The notes: a model not told the origin generated them from the sequence alone. 52,432 nucleotides of DNA from Octopus bimaculoides (GCF_001194135.2 NC_068982.1:87713698-87766129); one strand, 5' to 3'; shown: positions 25,301 to 38,597, counted from the first letter of the stretch. Translations and numbers: made by a program.

Positions 25301-25518
25301 TTAACTCTTTAGCATCCAGATTACTCTGTCAAACGTAATACTTATCTATTTACATTATTTTGGATTAATCTTATAGCTTTGACATTTTGATGATGTGATT
25401 ATTTATTTTTAGAACAACATTGTAGGGTAGGTGTGAGAGGTTGGATCTAACCAGTTTGAACATAAAACTGAAACAATATTTTGGTCAGATATGGTTGTCT
25501 TAAACACTAAATGGTTAA
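25301..25518. mobile_element. piggyBac-like MITE ~30 nt from the exon 2 donor
   Basis: TTAA-ctctttagcat ... cactaaatgg-TTAA. Confidence 0.5.
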
Positions 25519-25548
25519 ATTTAAAATGAAGAAATATACAAGACTTAC

Positions 25549-25848
25549 TTGGGCTGTGGTATTAGAGACTTCAACAGCAATATCACCTCCAGAATTTCCA
25601 AAACCTATTACAACAACTCTCTTGTCTTCAAAACCCTTACTGTGTTTGTAGAGCTGAGAATGAATTACTTGTCCTTTGAACTTCTCAATGCCAGGAAATG
25701 ATGGGATTTTTGGAGCAGCATGATGCCCAGTACAAACTAGGACACCATCAAATGTAATGACATTTTCTTCACCTGATTTGCAGTTTCTAGTGTACACTTT
25801 CCATTGACCGGAAACGGTAAAATCATCAGATTTTTCAATTTTTGTGAC
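25549..25848 (-). CDS. FMO5-like: FMO coding exon 2 (codons 112-211)
   Basis: aacag|GTC acceptor and CAA|gtaagt donor, 300 nt. Contains VCTGHH, the FMO fingerprint [11 protein letters not shown] (FxGxxxHxxxY) and the NADPH-binding GFGNSGGD. Confidence 0.95.
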
Positions 25849-25919
25849 CTGTTTAGATTGGATAAAAGAAAAATTGAAATATTATCAATGCACCAGTCAA
25901 TGAAGTAAACTATATGAGG

Positions 25920-26180
25920 TCATTCAGTCTGTTAGAAATAACTAAACCTCCATCTAATATAAATGGCACTCTGTTGGTTATGTTGACAAGGGTTCCAGTT
26001 GATCTGATCAATGGAACAACTTGCTTGTAAAGAAATACAGGTACTACTCATTTTTGGCAGCTGAGTGAACTGGAGCAACGTGAAATAAAATGTCTTGCTC
26101 AAGGACACAATATGTCACAAGGAACTGAACTCACGACCTTATGATTGTGAGCTGAATACCCTAACCACTAAGCCACACAC
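25920..26180 (-). mobile_element. tRNA-derived SINE (gtggcttagtggttag family); related copies 30748-31070 (+), 40717-40966 (-), 41170-41395 (-)
   Basis: Minus strand gtggcttagtggttagggtattcagctcacaatc..gtgagttcagttcc..gtgtccttgagcaagac. Confidence 0.7.
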
Positions 26181-27909
26181 CTTCACCCATCTAAAACACC
26201 ATCTTAGAAAAGAATATATTAGATATATATTGGTCTTTGGTTCCCAGCTCAGTGTGGTCATAGTTGGAATGCCTTTGATCATAGGTCTATTTGATCAAGA
26301 ATGACCAGGGGCTTAAACAACAATGACAATGGTAGTATTAAAACAATTCAATGGGGGAACCTAAATGTGGTTGCTTTTTGACCTGCTAGAAATAGCAACA
26401 AAATTTCCTTTAAATTAAATCTTGATATATTAGGATGGATGATATTAGATAATGTACTTCTACATAACCATAAATAGACTGGATGGTCACAGATGGAATA
26501 TCACAAATCAAAAGTCAGCTCAATCCAGGTTGGCCTGGGGAAAAACAGTGAAAGTATAGTATAAATATGACACTTTAGGTACAAAGGTGCAGGTATGGCT
26601 GTATGGTTAAGAAGTTTGCTTCCCAACCACATGGTTTCAGGATCAGTTCCACTGCATTGCACCTTAGGTGTCTTCTACTATAACCCCAGATTGACCAAAA
26701 CCTCCTTGTGAGTGGATTTAGCAGACCAAAATTGAAAAAAGCCCATAGTGTGTGAGCATGTGTGTGCGTGTGTGTATAACTTCAAACGGCATCCTGCAGT
26801 GGGGGTCTTGGTATGGGAGTTCCAGAGTCTTCAGATACCATTGCTCCAGGTCTACTCTGACCTTGAGTAATAGCACATGTTTGTGTCCCAGCTATGGATT
26901 AATTAGCATGTGAATGACTGGAAGTGAAAGCCCCCTAATTCTCATTAAAACTTCTTTCTAGGAGTTGGCAAACTTGTCTGAAAAACACTTGAAGAGCACT
27001 TGGTTTCTGGTCATCTCAGTCTCTTGTGTGCCACTGGTTTTACAGCTGATTGCACTGAAAATTGGATTCAGCACTGTCCAACAATTTACTCACTCAAAAC
27101 AAATTCACACAGGAATTTCTTGGACTCTTGAAAGGTCTGCATGGACTTATTGAATTTAGGAAATGGTCTTACTTGGTGATGAGTACACTTCTACCATATA
27201 TTTATGTACATATGCACATGGGTGTATATGTGTATATACTTATATTTATGTGAGCATGTATTTGCATACATATTTTTGTATATTTGTATGCATATCTATA
27301 GTTATATATATATACATATTTAATTTTATTTTATGTGTGCGTTCATTGAGCACAATTTGTGAAGTATCTCTCCTTTCTTGGTGTTTCTATGTAGCAACCT
27401 CTTTCTCTCTTCTCTTGCTAGTTTTCTGTTTCAGTTTCTTTTTCTTTTCTTTTTGTTTTTACTTTTTCTCTCCCTCCTCCCTATGCTTAATGTACTTCTC
27501 ATCTCTTTCGTCGCTAACAACTGACCTGTATATGGATACACCAAGAGATTTCGTGTGCATGTATGTGTGCGTACATATATGTATATGTGTATTTGTGTAT
27601 ATATGTATGTTATAGATGGTTTAGTATGTGTATATGCTGCTGAAAAATATCTATGTAATTTTCAATTTTTAAATGGATATAAGTGTTAATGCATTAATTC
27701 ATTTATATTTTGTATATAATTATTTACCATATGCATTTAAATTCTGCCCTTCAATTTTACAACAAGATGAATTTATACTAATTTCGTTCGTTGCATGCTT
27801 AAGACCATTAGTTGAAAGGACCAATGAAACAAGACCATTTTCAAAAATATATCATTTAAACTATTTTTATGCTTGATTATATCGTCATTTCTGCTCCATT
27901 CTAACAAAT

Positions 27910-27947
27910 CTGTCTGACGAACGGGAATGTGAAACTCTGAGTAACAG
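27910..27947 (+). ncRNA. Canonical minimal type I hammerhead ribozyme motif
   Basis: CTGT-CTGACGA-ACG(GGAA)TGT-GAAA-CTC(T)GAG-TA^ACAG. Full core, stem I CTGT/ACAG, GNRA-capped stem II, near-palindromic stem III, GUA triplet. Confidence 0.85.
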
Positions 27948-27977
27948 TTTTTGTGATATTTCTGCTGCTTTTCAATA

Positions 27978-28025
<48 letters not shown>

Positions 28026-28027
<2 letters not shown>

Positions 28028-28870
28028 GGTGGGTACAAAGTAACTAGGCATTAGAAATTGCTTATAGAATTTTTAGTATCACAAAAGTCATGATGAAAAG
28101 ATTTTTTAAACAGACAAGACTAATGGGGATTTCTTATTTTCTTATTTCTTATTTTCCAGATGGCCAGTCGCTTGATTGTTCAGGAGCAAGCTAAGATAGC
28201 AGCACACTATGAAGTACGGAATTCCATTGTTTTGGTTCGGAGATGGTGGCGTGCATGAAAAGGTAAGCATGCAACACTGCGTCCGGAGACAATAAAAAGT
28301 TGTTATGCAAAGCTGATGATCACGAGCTCTGTGAAAGATGGAAGAAGAAGTGGCTGTCCAACCAAATCCCGATCAGCAAAGAATGTGGCAATAGTGCTGG
28401 AAATGTTTAATTGCAGCCTGCAATAATCAACACGTCAAGCAGCTAGTGAAAGTGGACAAAGAAGACATACAATATGTATGGTGTTGCATAAAGAATTGAA
28501 TTTTCATCTATGGAAACCCCATTACGTGCAGGAGTTAAAATCTGATGACTGTGACTGCAAAATGGAATATGGAGAGTTAATGCTAAGTTGGGATGAAGAT
28601 TGGCCTGAATTATTTGAAAACATCCTCTGGACTGATGAGGTTGGGGTGTTATAATACTGATCGCACACTGGAGGATTTGGAGACATGGATTAAGGAGATT
28701 CTCAATGATATCCCAGTTGATGTCCTTCAGAAGGTTGTTCATTCCATTCCTGGCCATTTGAAGAAACTGGTTGACGTCACCAGTGCTTAAGTTGAAATAT
28801 GAAGATTTACTTTCATTTTCCCATGTAATAAAGAACATGTATCATTTGTTTCAATAAATTTGTAAAAGGA
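28026..28870 (+). mobile_element. Tc1/mariner-superfamily transposon remnant (rosa/maT-like), internally deleted
   Basis: TA-cagggtg start. MASRLIVQEQAKIAAHYEV..SVKDGRRSGCP, ENILWTDE, TLEDLETWIKEILNDIPVDVLQKVVHSI. Confidence 0.75.
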
Positions 28871-29518
28871 ATATGGATTTTATTCTCAATATAATGACAT
28901 TAAATCGCTATAGCAGACAACGGGTTTCTCTNNNNNNNNNNNNNNNNNNNNNNNNNNNNNNAATATATGGAAAAGTGTAAAGAAAAATTGAAAATCAACT
29001 CTTCTACTGACAGTACTTATTAATTTAAAAGAATATTTAAAGTCTACTTATATTTGCCAATAACAAACCATCACAACTCTTCTTGAATTGTAGAGTGATA
29101 ACTGGTATTTTCAGTTTTATTTCATTACATATATATTCGTATATATATGCCTCCATCCATCAACACACACGCGGGCGGGCGCGCACACACACACACATGT
29201 GTGTANNNNNNNNNNTTCTCAATATAATGACATTAAATCGCTATAGCAGACAACGGGTTTCTCTAGAAGCCTAACTACTGTGTTTATATCATTCAAATAT
29301 ATGGAAAAGTGTAAAGAAAAATTGAAAATCAACTCTTCTACTGACAGTACTTATTAATTTAAAAGAATATTTAAAGTCTACTTATATTTGCCAATAACAA
29401 ACCATCACAACTCTTCTTGAATTGTAGAGTGATAACTGGTATTTTCAGTTTTATTTCATTACATATATATTCGTATATATATGCCTCCACCTATAAAACA
29501 CGCGCGCGGGCGGGCGCA

Positions 29519-29556
<38 letters not shown>

Positions 29557-30466
29557 TATATATATATATATATATANNNNNNNNNNNNNNNNNNNNNNNN
29601 NNNNNNNNNNNNNNNNNNNNNNNNNNNNNNNNNNNNNNNNNNNNNNNNNNNNNNNNNNNNNNNNNNNNNNNNNNNNNNNNNNNNNNNNNNNNNNNNNNNN
29701 NNNNNNNNNNNNNNNNNNNNNNNNNNNNNNNNNNNNNNNNNNNNNNNNNNNNNNNNNNNNNNNNNNNNNNNNNNNNNNNNNNNNNNNNNNNNNNNNNNNN
29801 NNNNNNNNNNNNNNNNNNNNNNNNNNNNNNNNNNNNNNNNNNNNNNNNNNNNNNNNNNNNNNNNNNNNNNNNNNNNNNNNNNNNNNNNNNNNNNNNNNNN
29901 NNNNNNNNNNNNNNNNNNNNNNNAAGATAATTAATAATGTGTTAATTAATGATTTAAGATTTTATCGTATAAAACACTGAAAGATAATATTTCAATTTTT
30001 CCATGTAAGTGATGATAATATTTCAGTCTTTTTTTTTATGTTTAATTCAAATATATGTTGTAATCATTTGATTTTACTCATCCACACCAAATTAATGGCA
30101 GGGATTTTTACCATGTTGTTGGTTGCACCATGGCTCACCAAAAGTTACAAACAACAAGACCCCAAAACCATTAGTTGCCAGGCTCACCTTAAGTAATCTA
30201 ATTTGCAATATTAGGAGGTCACAGGAATTCATTCAATGAAAAAAAAATTTCCAATGATTCCAGGATTGAGGGTGGGGAAACCCCATCTCATTTTTCCGGA
30301 CCAAAATAAGGAGGCCAGGGTACTTGATTCCATGCAAAAAATCAAATTTTTTGTTTTTTTCTTAGTGAAAATCATGTGGGTGTTAATATAGAAATTTACC
30401 ATAAATGTTGTTGTTATTTAGCCTCAAATCAACTCTGATACTGCGAACCTATTATCAAAGACATTT

Positions 30467-30591
30467 CAGTAGAAACTTTGCCAGATCACATTGGAGTCTG
30501 GTGCAGCCTTCTGGCTTGCCAGCTCTCAGTCAAACCGTCCAACCCATGCCAGCATGGAAAGTGGACGTTAAACAATGATGATGATGATGAT
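30467..30591 (+). mobile_element. RTE 3' tail-only insertion
   Basis: tagaaactttgccagatc..ccaacccatgccagcatggaaagtggacgttaaacaatgatg. Confidence 0.8.
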
Positions 30592-32394
30592 ACATTTATG
30601 AATTTGTTTTGCAAAATTCTTAATGTGAAATTATGTGTTGAAATAGATATTGCTATATTTTGGGATGATCATTTTATTTTTACCAAATAAATACATGCAC
30701 TAAATATAGTGTGCATGTTTATTTGGCAAGAAAAAATTGACCACAGGTAAGTGGTTAGAGCATTGGGCTCACAATCATGAGATAGTGAGTTTGAATGCCT
30801 GACTGAGCTGTGTGGTGTGTTCTTGGGCAAGACACTGTATTTCACATTGCTCCAGTTCACTCTGCTGCAAAAATAAGTTATGATATATATCATTAGTGTC
30901 AAGCTGTATCAGCCTTTGCCTTTCACATGGATAACATTGGCAGCATGGAGAGAGGAGGCTGGTATGTGTGGGCAACTGCTGGTCTTCCATAAATAACCTT
31001 GCCTGGGCTTGTGCCTTGGAGGGGAACATTCTATGTGCAATCCCATGATCATTCATGACCGAAGTGGGTTTTTAAAAAAAAAAGAACACATGCATATAAA
31101 TAAACAGACACATTACACACACATGTGAGTATGTGTGTGTGACTTGTTTAGACATTGCATGGTAGTTATAAATGAGTGTCACAGTCATACAAGCAGTGTC
31201 ATTGTCATTCATGTCCGATCTTCCATGTAAGCATGTCTCTTCATAGACAAATACTACCTTCTTTGAAAACAAGTAAGGGGGTTGGCAAAAGGAAGGGCAT
31301 CTATCTGTACAAAATCTGCCACAACAAATTCCATCAGATCTGTGCAATCATCAGAAAGTGGATGTTAAAAATGATGGTACCTTAAGTACAAAGTCACGTA
31401 TTTTCAGGGAGAGATATGGTCAATTATATTGATTCCAGGAGATGACTCTTCTTTTATTCTTTTATTTGTTTCAGTCATTTGCTGGAGCACTGCCTTGAAG
31501 GGTTTTAGTTGAACAAATTAACCCCAAAACTTATTTTTTCTTAAGCCTAACTTATTCTATCAGTCTCTTTTGCCAAACTGCTAGGTTATGGGGACGTAAA
31601 CATACCAACACCAGTTGTCAAGTGGTGATGGGGGACAAACATAGATATGAAGACACACACACACACACACACATATATNNNNNNNNNNNNNNNNNNNNNN
31701 NNNNNNNNNNNNNNNNNNNNNNNNNNNNNNNNNNNNNNNNNNNNNNNNNNNNNNNNNNNNNNNNNNNNNNNNNNNNNNNNATATATATATATATATAGAT
31801 ATATATGACAGGCGTCTTTCAGTTACTGTCTACCAAATCCACTCACAAGGCTTTAGATGAGGCTACAACAGAAGCCATGCAATAGAAGGTGCCATGCAGT
31901 GAGACTGAACCTGGAAACATGAGGTTGGGAAGCAAGCTTCTTACCACACAGCCACACTTGGTGACTTATTTTTTCAACTTTCAAAAATTGAAAGAGATAC
32001 TTAATCATGGTGGAATTTGAACAGAGAATGCGAACAGACATAGCTTAATACTAGAAGGCTTTTTATCTGGTGCTCTACAAATTCTGCCAATCCATTGCCT
32101 TCAAACACAGTTTAACATTCTGAGCCAAAAAAGAATCCTCTTAATGTTTGCCTACCCTGCTAGAAATAGCAGCCAAATCTCATTCCAATCACAACTTATG
32201 TTTTAAAAAATAGGAAAAGCAACATAAGACAAACTAGGTAGCCCCTGATATATCTGAGATACAAGAAGACAGGATGGATATTCCTGGAACATCTTTGAAC
32301 ATAGATCTGCTGTTTAACATGAACAACAACAACAACAACAGCAGAATCACCACCACCATACAACAACAACAACAATATAATGCTAGTTTATTAC

Positions 32395-32680
32395 ACTGGT
32401 ATCAGTCCACACTATAAAGTGGTTGGTATTTCGATGGGCATCCAGCTGTAAAAACCATGCCAAAACTGACCTTGCCTGTACTTCTGCTACATAAAAAGCA
32501 CTCAGTCCTATCTACTGGGTGGTTGGTGTTAGGAAACGCATCCAACTGTAAAAACCTTGCCAAAACTAACACAGAAGCCTGGTGCAGGCTCCTGTCTGGC
32601 TGGCTCCTGTCAAAAACACCAACCCATGCCAGCATGGATGGCAGATATTAAACAATGATGATAACAAAGATGATGATGAA
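32395..32680 (+). mobile_element. RTE-related 3' tail, partly duplicated
   Basis: Two gtggttggt..gcatcca.ctgtaaaaacc units, then aacccatgccagcatgg and (GAT)n. Confidence 0.65.
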
Positions 32681-33539
32681 GGCCACAAGTTTCGAAAGAC
32701 TATCCAGTGGGCTGACACCAGTATTTGGATGTTACTAATGATTCCTTAGAACAATGACAAGTAATGTTGACCTCAGAAGAAACTGATCTCACAATATAAA
32801 GAAATGTAACTAAATATACAATCTATTTCACCCATCACTCTATCAGTTTCTCTTAATATAATACTGGCAATGATTAGAATTATATTAACCTTACACAGTA
32901 ACAACTTTCTCACATGTTTCTATTTCAGAGCAGGTCCTTGTTCATTAAGTCAGAACTCACATCTTGCAACAGCCAAATGCAATTTATTTTACGAAGTCTA
33001 ATAACTAACTTTGCCAATACAAGTCATCACAACTGTTCATGGATTTTAGATTTTTCATTTTTTTTCTCTTATTAACATAAAGGCAGTTTGCTTGTTTCAT
33101 TTTTTTGTGAAGATGGAAGACCAATTTTCCAGCAGGTTTCTATAAAACTAAGTTCACTTAAAACAAATAGCGTTTGTCTTTTTTATTTTTCAGATGAATA
33201 ATTTACCAGCTGAGGCTCTTTCTACTGTAGAGTCTAATGAACCAATGTTTATTCATGGGAAAATAACTTTAATGTATAAAAGTAAGTTTGGTGCAAAAGA
33301 TTAAGAAAGAAAGCACTGAAGAATCTGCAATGAACTTTGATAACTCACACATTTACGAAATGTGTTTGTGCATGTACTGTGTGTGTCCCAGGTTTGAGAA
33401 TAAGTAAAATGTGTCTACCTCTTCTAGGAAGTTATTAAAGAGCTGACCATAAAACAATGTTCCAGGAAACATGACCAACACATGCCATGCCAGTATGGAA
33501 ATGTAACTGTAAAATTATGACACTGCTGCTGCTGATATT

Positions 33540-33574
<35 letters not shown>

Positions 33575-33791
33575 ACAGACATGTTCATCATTGTCATTTA
33601 ATGTCTATGTTCCATGGGTATGGGTATATACACCTTTTTTTCTTTTCTAGTTTCAGCTCAAGCGCTGTGGCCATGCTAGGGCTACCATGAAAATGTCTAT
33701 GGACAACCGCACAAATATACACACACACACACACATATATAGACACATACACACCGACATATATAATTATATATATATATATGTGTATACA

Positions 33792-33824
<33 letters not shown>

Positions 33825-33977
33825 CATCATCATCATCATCATCGTTTAACGTCCGCTTTCCATGCTAGCATGGGTTGGACGATTTGACTGAGGACTGGTG
33901 AAACTGGATGGCAACACCAGGCTCCAATCTGATTTGGCAGAGTTTCTACAGCTGGATGCCCTTCCTAATGCCAACAC
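33825..33977 (-). mobile_element. RTE 3' tail-only insertion; another begins at ~34067 before a gap
   Basis: catcatcgtttaacgtccgctttccatgctagcatgggttggacg. Confidence 0.85.
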
Positions 33978-35334
33978 ATAATAAATACATATATATATAT
34001 ATATACAAATGTATATACACATGTATATATATATATATATAGATATATATAAATATATATATATCTCATCATCATCATCATCATCATCATTTAACGTCTG
34101 CNNNNNNNNNNNNNNNNNNNNNNNNNNNNNNNNNNNNNNNNNNNNNNNNNNNNNNNNNNNNNNNNNNNNNNNNNNNNNNNNNNNNNNNNNNNNNNNNNNN
34201 NNNNNNNNNNNNNNNNNNNNNNNNNNNNNNNNNNNNNNNNNNNNNNNNNNNNNNNNNNNNNNNNNNNNNNNNNNNNNNNNNNNNNNNNNNNNNNNNNNNN
34301 NNNNNNNNNNNNNNNNNNNNNNNNNNNNNNNNNNNNNNNNNNNNNNNNNNNNNNNNNNNNNNNNNNNNNNNNNNNNNNNNNNNNNNNNNNNNNNNNNNNN
34401 NNNNNNNNNNNNNNNNNNNNNNNNNNNNNNNNNNNNNNNNNNNNNNNNNNNNNNNNNNNNNNNNNNNNNNNNNNNNNNNNNNNNNNNNNNNNNNNNNNNN
34501 NNNNNNNNNNNNNNNNNNNNNNNNNNNNNNNNNNNNNNNNNNNNNNNNNNNNNNNNNNNNNNNNNNNNNNNNNNNNNNNNNNNNNNNNNNNNNNNNNNNN
34601 NNNNNNNNNNNNNNNNNNNNNNNNNNNNNNNNNNNNNNNNNNNNNNNNNNNNNNNNNNNNNNNNNNNNNNNNNNNNNNNNNNNNNNNNNNNNNNNNNNNN
34701 NNNNNNNNNNNNNNNNNNNNNNNNNNNNNNNNNNNNNNNNNNNNNNNNNNNNNNNNNNNNNNNNNNNNNNNNNNNNNNNNNNNNNNNNNNNNNNNNNNNN
34801 NNNNNNNNNNNNNNNNNNNNNNNNNNNNNNNNNNNNNNNNNNNNNNNNNNNNNNNNNNNNNNNNNNNNNNNNNNNNNNNNNNNNNNNNNNNNNNNNNNNA
34901 CAGAAACTAAATCGTATATCTATAATGTTGATGTGTGTATGTGTTTATGTGTATGTTGTTGTCACAGATCACATATGTGTGGTTGTGTGTTTTTATGTAT
35001 CTATGTTATGAAAAATAGGTAAAGAATACTGAGAGGAAAGTTTAATCTATGATTTTGTATGTATCCCTTTCTCTCTCTCTCCCTCTTTTACTCTTACTCT
35101 CTATATTATATGTTGAGCGTGTGTGTAAGAATGCCATTCCAGGTAGAAGGGAAGAAATATAAAAGTTGCTAGAAACAACAGCCAAATCTCCCTTAAATCA
35201 CAGAAAGTAAAGGGAATTTAAAAAAATCTAATTACTGCACTGGAAAGTTCACATCAAGAAAATTCCATTGATGTAAAAATTTTTACGAAAAAGTGGAAAA
35301 TGTGGATTTCTATAGATGCAACACACACACACAC

Positions 35335-35518
35335 TTTAAAAAGCTGGACCTCTTACTGTCAAGTGTCCCAGATGAACCAACTTTGCAGCAGGAGGTGCAG
35401 ATTAGGGCAGCAACATAAAACTCCCTCATGCACCAATGTCAATTCCTAAAAAGCATTCGTGAAGCAAAATTATGCAGCAACACCAAATGGTGGTGCCCCA
35501 GCATGGCCACAGCTCTGG
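35335..35518 (+). mobile_element. CR1-like LINE 3' end
   Basis: FKKLDLLLSSVPDEPT...RAAT*NSLMHQ, then ggtggtgccccagcatggccacag tail. Confidence 0.65.
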
Positions 35519-35930
35519 TATTTTGCTGAATTTTTTCTGGAGAACATGATTTTTCTTTTGTGGTTGGGTAGTTGATGACCTCTTTCTAGCATATCGGATG
35601 TCCACCTAGTAGTCATCCCTGCTTATACGCATGTAATACAATTCTTCTGAATTATCAGATTTTTTATATGCTAGACCACTGGCTTTAAATTGAAATTAAT
35701 ATTCAATTTATCACCCTCAGTATATAAATATAAATTTAAATAATTATGTTCTCTAGCCGGCAACATATACTGCAGTGAATTATACTCTGCAGAACTGTTT
35801 CCGGAATTTAGCATGCCAGAGCTGAGACTTTTTGAAAATAACCCCAATGTAATCGGTAGAACTGTACGCACGTCTAATTTTATGAAGATAATTCGTGTAT
35901 AGTTCTGCAAATTATATTGATTTTAGAACG

Positions 35931-35997
35931 ATTGCGCTGATGAACCACAGATGATTTTACTTAAGTAAAAGAGTTGATGGGGAAACCGGTACACAAT
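35931..35997 (+). ncRNA. Type I hammerhead ribozyme motif with extended stem II
   Basis: ATTGCG-CTGATGA-[38 nt: CCA/TGG base, TTTTAC(TTAA)GTAAAA tip]-GAAA-CCGG-TA^CACAAT. Stem III ACCGGT palindrome; stem I 5/6 bp. Confidence 0.68.
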
Positions 35998-36764
35998 TAA
36001 TTCTTTATTTTTTTAATATATTTTTCATTTTGTCCTGCCCGCCTAAGCTCTGGTATTTTGNNNNNNNNNNNNNNNNNNNNNNNNNNNNNNNNNNNNNNNN
36101 NNNNNNNNNNNNNNNNNNNNNNNNNNNNNNNNNNNNNNNNNNNNNNNNNNNNNNNNNNNNNNNNNNNNNNNNNNNNNNNNNNNNNNNNNNNNNNNNNNNN
36201 NNNNNNNNNNNNNNNNNNNNNNNNNNNNNNNNNNNNNNNNNNNNNNNNNNNNNNNNNNNNNNNNNNNNNNNNNNNNNNNNNNNNNNNNNNNNNNNNNNNN
36301 NNNNNNNNNNNNNNNNNNNNNNNNNNNNNNNNNNNNNNNNNNNNNNNNNNNNNNNNNNNNNNNNNNNNNNNNNNNNNNNNNNNNNNNNNNNNNNNNNNNN
36401 NNNNNNNNNNNNNNNNNNNNNNNNNNNNNNNNNNNNNNNNNNNNNNNNNNNNNNNNNNNNNNNNNNNNNNNNNNNNNNNNNNNNNNNNNNNNNNNNNNNN
36501 NNNNNNNNNNNNNNNNNNNNNNNNNNNNNNNNNNNNNNNNNNNNNNNNNNNNNNNNNNNNNNNNNNNNNNNNNNNNNNNNNNNNNNNNNNNNNNNNNNNN
36601 NNNNNNNNNNNNNNNNNNNNNNNNNNNNNNNNNNNNNNNNNNNNNNNNNNNNNNNNNNNNNNNNNNNNNNNNNNNNNNNNNNNNNNNNNNNNNNNNNNNN
36701 NNNNNNNNNNNNNNNNNNNNNNNNNNNNNNNNNNNNNNNNNNNNNNNNNNNNNNNNNNNNNNNN

Positions 36765-36803
<39 letters not shown>

Positions 36804-36821
36804 GTATATGTATATATATGC

Positions 36822-36872
<51 letters not shown>

Positions 36873-36894
36873 TGTGTATACATATATATATCAT

Positions 36895-37870
36895 TTGACA
36901 ACATGAATTTCCACAAAGCGGATTGGGGAGCAATCAGAAAGGATCTGTCCTTCATCAACTGGTCTTTCACTGTCAGTTCCACTCACATTGAGACTGCATG
37001 GCAAGACTTTCAGAACACTGTCACCTATACATGCTCAAAACACGCTCCTATGAAATCCACTAACACAAACAGAAACTGGCTCCCTAAAAAGAAAAAAAAA
37101 CACTCATCAGGCGCATCAAAAGATTGAATAAAAAAAAGGAAAATCAACCAATTAAAATACTTCCACATTCAACAACAATGAAAAGGCTGGAGTTGGAAAA
37201 ACTCCATCTGCAGACCGACATGAAAACCTCCATTGAAAATGAAAGAGCTGCGGAAGAACAGTGGGTAATCAGAAACATCAAACAGAACCTAAAAGTGTTC
37301 TATTCTTATGCAAATAAGGATAGAACCGCTGTCTCACCCATTGGGCCATTGATTGATGATAACAGCATTCCCCAACCTATGCTAAAGAAATGGCAGAAAT
37401 ACTGCAGAAACAATACTGCTCTGTCTTTAGTGATCCCACTAATATTGACATAAGAGAAGCGAACGAAGTTGATTCCTAGCATAAAATCTTGGACATAACC
37501 TTCATCGCCTCAGACATCATAGCAGCAATAAATAAGGTCAAATACTATTCTGCTGTAGGCCCTAATAGATTCCCCGCTAGTCTCCTGAGAGAATGTAGAC
37601 ACCAACTTGTAGTCCCTCAACAGTTTCCTCAACAGGCCCTGCCCTGTTTAACATTGCCCCAAAATGGATCAAAGAGGAAAAGGATCTCATCACCTTTAAA
37701 CGGAGTCTGGACTGATTTCTTCAAGGAATACCAGATAAGCCACCCATACCTGGATACAACTCACTCAACAAGAACTCAATACTTGAATGGACCATAAACA
37801 AAACTTGACTTAAAAAGGATTTAGATAATCCTATCAGGTGGTGCTATTAAGTTTGACATGACCTGGACCA
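36895..37870 (+). mobile_element. CR1/L2-type LINE, decayed ORF2 linker/RT start joined to a 3' end
   Basis: FHKADWGAIRKDLS, IKQNLKVFYSYAN..IGPL, SAVGPNRFPASLLREC. Ends with IPD-P/NSILEW-like sequence. Confidence 0.75.
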
Positions 37871-37920
37871 ATCTTTGGTTGAAACATATTTAAGTTTATA
37901 TATATATACGTATGTATGTA

Positions 37921-37966
<46 letters not shown>

Positions 37967-38051
37967 TAGTAATGCTATGACAACAAAAGACCTCGATATG
38001 TAAATAGAGGAATTTATCTGTAATATAATATGTGACAATTATTTGGTTACC

Positions 38052-38114
38052 ATAATAAACTCCGAGTTTCGGATGTTGGGGTGGAAAACTGCTCCGGCAT
38101 CTCGCCAGTTATTA
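38052..38114 (-). pseudogene. Degenerate mirror hammerhead copy (FMO-sense strand)
   Basis: Minus strand reads TAATAA-CTGGCGA..CATCC-GAAA-CTCGGAG-TT-TATTAT: core A6 replaced by G, and one T fewer at the cleavage site/stem I. Confidence 0.6.
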
Positions 38115-38597
38115 AGACAATAAAAAAATGCTATGTAAATGACCGTTAAACAAAGGGAAATTACTATGTAAATGACCATTATTAAGACTAATAGAAGAGC
38201 TATTAGAATGACCGTTGAATAAAGGGAAAAAACCCAAAAGTGAGAAAGTAAAAGCACTCATAGAATTCGCGTATGCGTGCATGTACATACATACACATAC
38301 ACATGCACGCACACACACCCACGTACCTGTGCCTATATGCATATGCTCACTCACACTCATGTGAAACATACATGCACACCCACATACACGCCTATATAGG
38401 CGTGTGTGTGGGTGTGCATGTATGTGTTTGATGCAAGTGTGAGTGAGCATATGCATATAGGCACAGGTACATGGGTGTGCTTTTTCCCTTTATTCAATGG
38501 TCATTGTAATAACTCTTTTGTTTGTCTTAATAATGGTCATTTACATAGTAATTTCCCTTTGTTTAATGGTCATTTTCATAGCATTTTTTGCTTGTCT

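Noticed and set aside
26780-27160. Possible Gypsy pol remnant on the minus strand (IQFSVQSAVKPVAHKRLR)
   Set aside because: Single short resemblance with many stops; no YXDD or other confirming motif seen.
28883-29576. Apparent ~330-bp tandem duplication
   Set aside because: The copies are near-identical and separated or interrupted by short N gaps; most likely redundant contig ends or haplotypes from scaffolding.
33884-33912. CTGAGGA-CTGGT-GAAA in the antisense RTE tail resembling a hammerhead core
   Set aside because: Only 5 nt between core halves, no stem II possible and no stem I/III closure.
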